A stretch of DNA of 64,000 nucleotides, taken from positions 23,012 to 87,011 of the forward strand of contig JANQHE010000056.1 in NCBI GenBank assembly GCA_028282785.1, written 5' to 3'. Position numbers and translations under genes: made by a program. Positions 54,539 through 62,660 of the stretch are shown piece by piece (within the stretch, counting starts at the first letter, position 1; each line of letters begins with the position of its first letter). The notes below the pieces were generated by a model, which saw only the letters and a program-made list of their open reading frames with translations, searched no databases and was not told the origin of the DNA. This DNA comes from Bacteroidales bacterium (GTDB taxonomy: Bacteria > Bacteroidota > Bacteroidia > Bacteroidales > UBA12077).

Positions 54539-55417
54539 GTGACAAAGGAAAGACTAAAAAAGATAATAAACTTTATTTTAAAATTAGCTATTACAACTCT
54601 TGCTATTTATATTGTTGTTCGTAAAATTGATGTTACAGAATTATGGTTAAATATAAGAAAAGTTAATCTTTTTTATATGTTTTTAGCTTTGTTGGTATTA
54701 GCAATTTCTAAAATACTTGAAGCAAAACGGCTAAATATATTTTTTAGAGCAAAAAATATCATTTTGGATCAAATACAGAATTTGAAATTATATCTATTAG
54801 GTATGTTTTATAATCTTTTCTTACCAGGAGGTATTGGAGGAGATGGTTATAGAGTGTATTGGTTAAAAAAGAATCAAGATGCAAAACTCAAATCTTTAAT
54901 TTGGGCATCGTTACTGAATAGAGTTAACGGTTTATATGGATTAGTTATTCTGATATGTATATCTACTATATTCATTAGTTTTGATTTTACATATAATTAT
55001 TATTTAGTTTTTCTTGTTCCCATTGGTTACTTAATTTACTACTTCGTATTAAGGTTATTTTTTAAAGCCTACTTAACTACTTTATCAAAAACAACTATCC
55101 AATCTATAATTATTCAGTTTTTACAACTGTTATCCGCACATTTGATATTATATGGGTTGGGCCTGAGTTCAGGTTTTCAGGATTATTGGTTTTTATTTCT
55201 TGTTTCAGGGATTATGTTTGCAATACCAGTAACTTTAGGAGGATTTGGTTCAAGGGAACTAGTATTTGTTTACGCCTCTCAATTCTTAATTGTAGATGTA
55301 AATTTGGCAGTTGCATTAGGTCTGCTTACATATGTTCTCAGGGTAATTTTATCTTTTACCGGTGTTTATTTTGTGATCTTTCCAAATAAATTAAACGGTG
55401 TTAATACAGCTTCTTAG
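54539..55417 (+). CDS. Flippase-like membrane protein (UPF0104 / lysyl-PG-synthase TM-domain family)
   Basis: About 8 TM helices and the LPGGIGGDGYRV motif. A GTG start is inferred; there is no nearby ATG. Confidence 0.6.
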   Translation: MTKERLKKIINFILKLAITTLAIYIVVRKIDVTELWLNIRKVNLFYMFLALLVLAISKILEAKRLNIFFRAKNIILDQIQNLKLYLLGMFYNLFLPGGIGGDGYRVYWLKKNQDAKLKSLIWASLLNRVNGLYGLVILICISTIFISFDFTYNYYLVFLVPIGYLIYYFVLRLFFKAYLTTLSKTTIQSIIIQFLQLLSAHLILYGLGLSSGFQDYWFLFLVSGIMFAIPVTLGGFGSRELVFVYASQFLIVDVNLAVALGLLTYVLRVILSFTGVYFVIFPNKLNGVNTAS

Positions 55418-55465
55418 AGAGTTTTTTTTAATTTTGTTTGCCTCTATAGAATTTAAAATAAAGTT

Positions 55466-56902
55466 ATGCTTGAAATCAAGTCAAATCGTTCAATGGAATT
55501 CCTTACGTATTTTGAAAATTTAGCACCAAAATACTCAAAATACAGAAAAAGATATAAATACTTTTGGCGAAATATAATTAAATATTGCAATTACTATATT
55601 CAAGATGAGAATTCTGTGATTGAAATAGGATGCGGAAATGGAGATTCCTTAGCAGAAATTAAAGGTAAAGAGAAAACAGGAATAGATTATAGTATACGGA
55701 TGATTGAAGAAGCAAGGAAAAATCATCCTGATATTGAATTTCACCACATGCTTGCTGAAGAAATTTCATTGGATAAAAAGTATGATGTTATACTTTTAAC
55801 AGGTGTAATGGGGTATTTTGATAATGTGCTTGATGTATTGAATTCAATTAAAGGTATCTGTCATTCCAGAACCAGAATTATTATATCTTATTATAATCAT
55901 TTTTGGGAGCCAATTTTAAGATTTGGAGAAATTTGCGGATTCAAAAAGCGCAGCCCAAGAAAAAACTGGTTAACAAAGCATGATATAGAAAATTTATTGT
56001 ATATGGCAGATTTTGAGTCTTTTAGAACGACTCGTAGTTTGTTGATCCCGGTTAATATTCCTATTATTTCTTATTTATTTAATAGATATATTGCCCGATT
56101 ACCATTATTCAACTCAATGTGTGTAAGTAAGTTCATTAATGCACGTCCTATTTTTCATCAAAAAGAAAATAGGAGAGAAGAGTATTCAACGACAGTTGTT
56201 ATACCAGCTCGAAATGAAAGTGGAAATATTGAAGATGCAATAAAGAGATTACCCAAATTTGGAAAACATGTAGAGATCATATATGTTGAAGGAAACTCAA
56301 CTGATGATACCTGGGATACTATTCAAAGGATTCAGGAGAAGTATAAAGATACGCATGATATAAAAATCGCACAACAAGATGGGAAAGGAAAAGGAGATGC
56401 CGTTCGGAAGGGTTATTCGATGGCAACTGGCGATATTTTAATGATACTGGATGCAGATTTAACTGTTCCGCCTGAAGATATTCCTAAATTTTATGAGGCT
56501 ATTACATCCGGAAAAGGTGAGTTTATTAACGGTTCACGTTTGGTATATCCGATGGAAAAAGAAGCCATGCGTTCTTTAAATACAGTAGGGAATAAATTTT
56601 TTAGTTGGCTATTTAGTTGGTTGCTAGAGCAACCGATAAAAGATACTTTATGCGGAACAAAAGTGATGTTCCGTAATGATTATATCCGTTTGCAAGCAAA
56701 TAGAAAATTTTTCGGTGAATTTGATCCATTTGGAGATTATGATTTACTTTTTGGTGCTTACAAATTAAACTTAAAGATTATAGATCTGCCGATCCGTTAT
56801 AGAGAGAGAACCTATGGTGATACAAATATTTCACGTTTTCGGCATGGATTTCTTTTATTACGTATGTGTTGGTATGCAGCAGGGAAAATTAAGTTTTGGT
56901 AA
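55466..56902 (+). CDS. Fusion: class I SAM-dependent methyltransferase + family-2 glycosyltransferase (polyprenyl-phosphate sugar synthase-like)
   Basis: N-terminus: VIEIGCGNGDSL (motif I). C-terminus: VVIPARNESGNI, ILDADLTVPPEDI (DxD) and a dolichyl-P-sugar-synthase-like core. Confidence 0.8.
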   Translation: MLEIKSNRSMEFLTYFENLAPKYSKYRKRYKYFWRNIIKYCNYYIQDENSVIEIGCGNGDSLAEIKGKEKTGIDYSIRMIEEARKNHPDIEFHHMLAEEISLDKKYDVILLTGVMGYFDNVLDVLNSIKGICHSRTRIIISYYNHFWEPILRFGEICGFKKRSPRKNWLTKHDIENLLYMADFESFRTTRSLLIPVNIPIISYLFNRYIARLPLFNSMCVSKFINARPIFHQKENRREEYSTTVVIPARNESGNIEDAIKRLPKFGKHVEIIYVEGNSTDDTWDTIQRIQEKYKDTHDIKIAQQDGKGKGDAVRKGYSMATGDILMILDADLTVPPEDIPKFYEAITSGKGEFINGSRLVYPMEKEAMRSLNTVGNKFFSWLFSWLLEQPIKDTLCGTKVMFRNDYIRLQANRKFFGEFDPFGDYDLLFGAYKLNLKIIDLPIRYRERTYGDTNISRFRHGFLLLRMCWYAAGKIKFW

Positions 56903-56948
56903 AAGAATTGATTAATTTTAACCCTCACAGATTTTTTTATGTAGATTA

Positions 56949-57332
56949 CTAGTCAAAAAGCCCATTGTCTCTAATAAGCATTAGAATCGCATTATGCGGA
57001 ACAATTATATATTTTTCATTTTTAAATTCAATTTCCCAGGCACTGTTTTGTAAATATACCGCCAAGTCTCCTTCGCTAGGTTGTAATGGTACATATTTTA
57101 CCTCATTACTTTTATCTTTCCATGGTTCATCAGCTTCGTTTATTGCCGGAATCGGATAACCGGGACCAACTTTTAAAACGTAACCACTGTGGATTTTTTC
57201 TTTTTCCTGAACTCCCGGAGGTAAATACAATCCGGATTTTGTTTTATTCTGAGGTGTTTTAGGTTTTATTAAAACACGGTCACCTACCATAATGAATTTT
57301 TCTAATTCCTGATCTCCTAATGATAATGTCAT
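56949..57332 (-). CDS. GroES (Cpn10)-fold family protein
   Basis: VGDRVLIKP...KTKSGLYLPPGVQEKEKIHSGYVLKVGPG matches the Cpn10 mobile-loop region and beta-barrel. The 127 aa include an extended C-terminus. Confidence 0.65.
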   Translation of the reverse strand: MTLSLGDQELEKFIMVGDRVLIKPKTPQNKTKSGLYLPPGVQEKEKIHSGYVLKVGPGYPIPAINEADEPWKDKSNEVKYVPLQPSEGDLAVYLQNSAWEIEFKNEKYIIVPHNAILMLIRDNGLFD

Positions 57333-57348
57333 ACTTTTTTCTACAAAT

Positions 57349-58704
57349 TTAAAATTCTAAAATAATTTCTGTCCCTTTGTTAATAACAGAATTAACTTGA
57401 ATGGTTCCTTTATGTAATCTCATAATTTGTCTGGATAAGCTTAAGCCAATTCCGGACCCTTCTTTTTTAGTGGTATAAAATGGAATGAATATTTTATCAA
57501 TATCTTCATTTTCAATACCTTTTCCATTATCAGATATAAATATTGCACATTTATTAAATTGATCCTGCGATATATTTACCTTAATTTCTGGCTTTTCTTT
57601 TTCACTTAAAGCATCAATTGCATTTATTAAAAGATTAATAATTACCTGCTCTATTTGATCATAATCTAAATAACACATAACTTCTTTTTGATCAGAGGTA
57701 ATTCTGAAATTTATGTTTTTATCCTTTATTTTTTGTTTTAACAGAGTTTTTGAATGATTAACCAACTCAAAAAGATTCACTTGTTTAAAATCCGGTTTAG
57801 GTATTCGTGTTAACTGTTTATATGATGAAACAAACTTTAAGAGTCCTTTACTTCTGTTTTCTATTGTTTTTAAACTCGAAATCATATCTTCAAAATCGTC
57901 ATCTGAAATGTTAGCTATCTCAGCCTGATTTCCATTTAAATTTTCCAAAGATTCATTTATTGCACTGCTTAACGAAGATATGGGAGTAACGGAATTCATA
58001 ATTTCATGGGTTAAAACACGAATTAGTTTTTGCCATGACTCCAATTCCTGAAATTCTAATTCATGCTTTATATTTTGTAATGAAATCAATTTAATGGTTT
58101 TATTTTGTATTTTAAGTTCTGTCGCAAATATTGATAAATGTAATAACTCATCCTTTAGTTTCAGTTTAATTAGTTCGCTTTCGCCTGAATTAAGATTTAA
58201 AATTGTATTGTATAGCGTAATGTTGATATGTTTAATTTTATCTAATTCCTGATTAGCTTTTAGATCAAATAATTCACCTGCGGTTTTATTTATAAATTCA
58301 ATTTTACCATCCTGGTTAAAGCTTAAGAGGGCTGTTTTGATATGTTCGAAAATGGTTTTTAAATAATGATATTGAATTTCTTTATCGATTCGAATATTTT
58401 TGAATTCATCCAAAATAATCTGATAAGACTCCTTTAATTTATCGCGGGTACTTTTATCAGGTAAAATGTTTGTTGAACTAATAAAATCCCTTGATTTAAT
58501 TGAAATTAAAAATTCACTTAAGCTTCTTTTGTACTTTTCAGCATAACGAATGATTTCCATTAAAAATACAATTGAAAAAAAAGAAGAGACTAATGTAGTC
58601 AAATACCATTCGTTCTGATATGAAGCATATATGGAAATAAACACTGAGATGCCCAGGGAAAAGGCCCTTAATATAATTCCAATCTTAAAATTTTTAAAAA
58701 CCAT
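57349..58704 (-). CDS. NtrB/AtoS-like sensor histidine kinase
   Basis: Two N-terminal TM helices, a PAS-like segment, an H-box (LTHEIMNSVTPI), an N-box (NLLINAIDA) and a G-box (GSGIGLSLSRQI). Confidence 0.85.
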   Translation of the reverse strand: MVFKNFKIGIILRAFSLGISVFISIYASYQNEWYLTTLVSSFFSIVFLMEIIRYAEKYKRSLSEFLISIKSRDFISSTNILPDKSTRDKLKESYQIILDEFKNIRIDKEIQYHYLKTIFEHIKTALLSFNQDGKIEFINKTAGELFDLKANQELDKIKHINITLYNTILNLNSGESELIKLKLKDELLHLSIFATELKIQNKTIKLISLQNIKHELEFQELESWQKLIRVLTHEIMNSVTPISSLSSAINESLENLNGNQAEIANISDDDFEDMISSLKTIENRSKGLLKFVSSYKQLTRIPKPDFKQVNLFELVNHSKTLLKQKIKDKNINFRITSDQKEVMCYLDYDQIEQVIINLLINAIDALSEKEKPEIKVNISQDQFNKCAIFISDNGKGIENEDIDKIFIPFYTTKKEGSGIGLSLSRQIMRLHKGTIQVNSVINKGTEIILEF

Positions 58705-60058
58705 ATTTTGTCATTTTACGATACATAGTTGTTCTTCCCAATCCTAAATCTTTAGATGCTGCACTCACATTATAATTGTGTTTTTTTAGGGCTTTTTCAA
58801 TAGTTCGTTTTTCCACCTCTTCCAAATTTAGTATGTTCTTATTTAATGAAGAGTTTTCAGTGATGTTTAGTACAAAATCTGAATCGTTTAATACATTACA
58901 ATTACTCATAATAACAGTTCGTTCAATAATATGTTGTAATTCTCTGATATTACCTGGCCAGCTGTATTTCTTAAGTTTTTTTATTGCCTCAGTGCTTATT
59001 TTCATTTCATTTTTCTTATACTTTTTTCTATATATATCAAGAAAATGTTCCGAAATTAGAGAAATATCGTCTAACCTGTCTCTTAACGGAGGTACATGAA
59101 TTTCAACCGTATTAATTCTGAAATAAAGATCTTGCCTGAATTTATTGTGATCGGCCATCTCTTTTAATGGCATATTAGTAGCGCAAATTAACCTTATATT
59201 AACCGGAATTGATTTATTTGAACCAACTCGCATAATTTCCTTTTTTTGAATAGCTGTTAATAATTTTGACTGAAGCGACATGGAAAGATTTCCTATCTCA
59301 TCTAAAAATAACGTACCTTCATTAGCCACTTCAAATCGTCCGGCTCTGTCTTCTTTGGCATCCGTAAATGAACCTTTGGTATGACCAAATAACTCAGATT
59401 CAAACAGGTTTTCGTGAATGGCTCCTAAATCTACATTTATAAATAATTTATTTGCTCTTTCCGATTGTCGGTGTATAGCTCTTGCAATTATTTCTTTACC
59501 TGTTCCATTTTCTCCAAGAATAAGTATGTTAGCATCAGTTTTAGCAACCTTATTGATTATATCAAAAAGTTCCTGCATTTTTTCTGATTGCCCAATTATT
59601 TCAGAATATGATTGGTCTATGTCTTGAACCAATATTTGTTGTTTATTTTTTAATTTAATTATTTCCTGCTTAGACTTGCTTAAGTTGTATGCTGATATAA
59701 TAGTTGCTAAAAGCTTTTTATTATCCCAGGGTTTTACAACAAAATCAACAGCTCCAATTTTCATTGAGTCTATTGCAAGATTAATATCTCCATAAGCTGT
59801 CATCATAACCACTGTTGCTTCGGGATCAATTTTCAAGATTCTTTTTAGCCACTCCAAACCTTCTTTTCCACTCGTAGCTCCTGTGGTAAAATTCATATCA
59901 AGGAGAATTACATCGAAAAACTTTTTTTCAATATAAGGAACTACATCTTCCGGATTAGATACGGCTTTGATTTCAGCAAAGTCTTTTTTTAAAACTACTT
60001 TAGTTGATAACAGAATGTCTTTATCATCGTCTATAACCAGTATTTTGCCATTAATCAT
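58694..60058 (-). CDS. Sigma-54-dependent Fis-family response regulator (NtrC-type bEBP)
   Basis: Receiver domain (ILVIDDDKDIL, LLDMNF), AAA+ domain (ILGENGTGKE, ESELFGHTKGSFTDA = GAFTGA variant, LFLDEI) and a C-terminal Fis HTH (LGLGRTTMYRKM). The ATG at 60058 is preferred over the ORF-track start at 60094. Confidence 0.9.
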   Translation of the reverse strand: MINGKILVIDDDKDILLSTKVVLKKDFAEIKAVSNPEDVVPYIEKKFFDVILLDMNFTTGATSGKEGLEWLKRILKIDPEATVVMMTAYGDINLAIDSMKIGAVDFVVKPWDNKKLLATIISAYNLSKSKQEIIKLKNKQQILVQDIDQSYSEIIGQSEKMQELFDIINKVAKTDANILILGENGTGKEIIARAIHRQSERANKLFINVDLGAIHENLFESELFGHTKGSFTDAKEDRAGRFEVANEGTLFLDEIGNLSMSLQSKLLTAIQKKEIMRVGSNKSIPVNIRLICATNMPLKEMADHNKFRQDLYFRINTVEIHVPPLRDRLDDISLISEHFLDIYRKKYKKNEMKISTEAIKKLKKYSWPGNIRELQHIIERTVIMSNCNVLNDSDFVLNITENSSLNKNILNLEEVEKRTIEKALKKHNYNVSAASKDLGLGRTTMYRKMTKYGF

Positions 60059-60213
60059 ATTAAAAACGGTTAAATTAGATGAGTAAATGTACAAAAAAAT
60101 GATTTGCTATGTTTCACTATGGAACACATAGTGTTTCGATTAGGAACAACTTAAATGTATACAATTTTCATGATTTTAATGTAAATCCATGATATATAGT
60201 GTTTTATTTTTTA

Positions 60214-60230
60214 TGGTATAAGAGTTGGCA
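60214..60230 (+). promoter_or_regulatory. Weak candidate sigma-54 (-24/-12) promoter TGGTATAAGAGTTGGCA
   Basis: TGG at 60214-60216 and TTGGCA at 60225-60230. The GG-to-GC spacing is one nt longer than canonical, or alternatively the -12 C is replaced by G. The element lies 42 nt upstream of the permease ATG. Confidence 0.25.
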
Positions 60231-60271
60231 ATTAAAAGTTAGTGCACAATAAAAATAGAAAGGAGAACATT

Positions 60272-62644
60272 ATGTTTAAGAATTATTTGAAGCTATCAAT
60301 TAGGCACTTGTTAAGAAGAAAAACACAGTCCATAATAAATTTTTTCGGATTATCAATTGGTATGGGAGCTTGCATTGTACTTATCTTATATGCTAAATAT
60401 GAATTATCATATGATAAATTCCATGAGAAAGCTGATAATATTTATATGGTTTATAAAGAAAGGCATTTGCCAAGTGGAATGCAAATAACACGTGATACAT
60501 GGGCACCAATGGCTAAATCTTTGTTAGGACAGATCCCTGAAATTAAAAATGCAACCAGGTATTATAACAGGATGGGAATTATTGAAGTAGGTGAAAATAC
60601 ATTGGAAGAAGCGATAACATATACAGATCCTGCCTTGTTTTCAATGTTTACATTTCCCTTACTAAGTGGCGATCCTCAAGAGATTTTTTCCGATCAAAAC
60701 GCTTTATTCCTGAGCGAAGATAAGGCTGTTAAGCTGTTCGGAAATAACAATCCTTTGGGCAAAACGATTAGAATTGATTATGAAAAAACGTATACGGTAA
60801 AAGGAGTCATAAAAAACATACCGGATAACAGCTCTTTGGAGATGGAAATTGTAATTCCTCTGAGTAGTGTTCCATCCTATGAAAATTTTAAAGATGAGTG
60901 GGGAAGTTCATTTTTATATACTTATATTGAATTAAATGAATCGGCTGCACCACAAGAAGCAGAAAGTAAATTTCCTGATTTTATTTCAACTATCTGGAAT
61001 GAAGAGTTAAATAATACAATGAAATTAAGATTGGGTCCTCTTACTGAGTTACATAATGAAATAACAGGAAGTGATAAATATGCTTATATACTTATAGGGG
61101 TTGCAATTGCAATTTTATTGATTGCCGCCTTAAATTTTACTAATTTAAAAACAGCTTCATCTATGGAGCGAATTAGAGAAACCGGTTTACGAAAAGCTAT
61201 CGGTTCTTCAAAGGGGCAATTATTCAAGCAATTTATTTTTGAATCGGTTATTGTTAGCCTGACTGCATTAATCTTGGGCGTAATATTTTCCGAAACGGTA
61301 TTACCTGTTATAAATAGAATGTACGATGCAAATATTAGCTTATACCAGGAAAGAAATTTATCCATATTAATTAGTTTAATTCCTTTTGCTGTAATTGTTG
61401 GCCTGTTATCCGGAGCCTATCCTGCATATGCAATTGCAAACTTAAGGCCTATAAAGGCACTTCAAAGTGAAATGAACAAAGGAAAATCGGGAGCTGTTGT
61501 AAGACGTTTTTTAGTTATTTTTCAGTTTGCTATTTCCGTATTACTTATTTCAGGCACCATTTTTATGTGGAACCAAATAAATCTAATGAAAAATGCCGAT
61601 TTAGGTTTTGAGCAGGAAAATAAGATTATAATACCTATTGACCTGGGATTTTTTGAAGATTCGGATGATGCCTTAACAAAAATCGGAGTATTTCGTGAAG
61701 AATTAAAGAAAAACCCGGATGTTGTTTCAACCAGTAGTTCTACGCACGTACCGGGTAATTGGCCAGGTTGGTTCACATTTGTTTATCCTGAAGGTTGGGA
61801 ACGAAATGATCGTTTGAGAATGCGAGTATGTTATGTTGATGATAAATTTTTTAAAGAATTTGCTATTGATTTTATTGATGGAAGAAACTTTGATGAAAAT
61901 TTACTCACAGATGCGGATGAATCTTTAATTATAAACCAGGCAGCCTTAGATCAAATTGGCTGGGACGATCCAATAGCTAAGACAATTAGTTTTGGTGGTA
62001 AGGAAGAATATAAGATCGTAGGAGTTGTAGATAACTATCATTTTCTTTCGGTAGCTGATAATGTTGGACCGGTCATTCATTCTTTCAGGCCTTCAAATAA
62101 TGGAGTACATAATTATTTAACTGTAAGTACTAGTGGAAAAAATATGCCTGATGTTTTAAAGTATATGGAAAAGACATGGGAGAATGTTGATGCATCTCGT
62201 AATTTTGAGTATTATTTTCTTGATCAACAGTTTCAAGAGCAATATGAATCCGAGGAAAGTTTATTTAAATTGATGGCCATATTTACCATCCTTTCAATTT
62301 TAATTGCAAGCATGGGATTATTTGCAATCTCTTCAATCATAGTAAAGAAAAAGACAAAAGAAGTAGCGGTTAAAAAGGTATTTGGTTCAACCAGTCTGAA
62401 TATCGTATTTGACTTTTTTAAGTCTTTCACAATTTGGGTATTTATAGCTAACATAATTGCAATTCCAATAAGCTGGTGGCTTGTTGAAAGATGGTTACGA
62501 GATTTTGTATATAGAATTGAAATTCGTCCGGGTGTTTTTATTTTAACATTATTAATATCCTGGTTAATTGCATTAATTACAGTGTATTTTCAGTCAATGA
62601 AGGTTGCTAATACTAATCCTGCGGAATCATTAAGATACGAATAA
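60272..62644 (+). CDS. MacB/FtsX-type ABC transporter permease (double MacB_PCD + FtsX architecture)
   Basis: MFKNYLKLSIRHLLRRKTQSIINFFGLSIGMG is the typical N-terminus. Two 4-TM FtsX modules are present (GLRKAIGSSKGQL, KKVFGSTSLNI). The ATG at 60272 is preferred over the GTG at 60242. Confidence 0.85.
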   Translation: MFKNYLKLSIRHLLRRKTQSIINFFGLSIGMGACIVLILYAKYELSYDKFHEKADNIYMVYKERHLPSGMQITRDTWAPMAKSLLGQIPEIKNATRYYNRMGIIEVGENTLEEAITYTDPALFSMFTFPLLSGDPQEIFSDQNALFLSEDKAVKLFGNNNPLGKTIRIDYEKTYTVKGVIKNIPDNSSLEMEIVIPLSSVPSYENFKDEWGSSFLYTYIELNESAAPQEAESKFPDFISTIWNEELNNTMKLRLGPLTELHNEITGSDKYAYILIGVAIAILLIAALNFTNLKTASSMERIRETGLRKAIGSSKGQLFKQFIFESVIVSLTALILGVIFSETVLPVINRMYDANISLYQERNLSILISLIPFAVIVGLLSGAYPAYAIANLRPIKALQSEMNKGKSGAVVRRFLVIFQFAISVLLISGTIFMWNQINLMKNADLGFEQENKIIIPIDLGFFEDSDDALTKIGVFREELKKNPDVVSTSSSTHVPGNWPGWFTFVYPEGWERNDRLRMRVCYVDDKFFKEFAIDFIDGRNFDENLLTDADESLIINQAALDQIGWDDPIAKTISFGGKEEYKIVGVVDNYHFLSVADNVGPVIHSFRPSNNGVHNYLTVSTSGKNMPDVLKYMEKTWENVDASRNFEYYFLDQQFQEQYESEESLFKLMAIFTILSILIASMGLFAISSIIVKKKTKEVAVKKVFGSTSLNIVFDFFKSFTIWVFIANIIAIPISWWLVERWLRDFVYRIEIRPGVFILTLLISWLIALITVYFQSMKVANTNPAESLRYE

Positions 62645-62660
62645 ACAATAATCCAAAATC

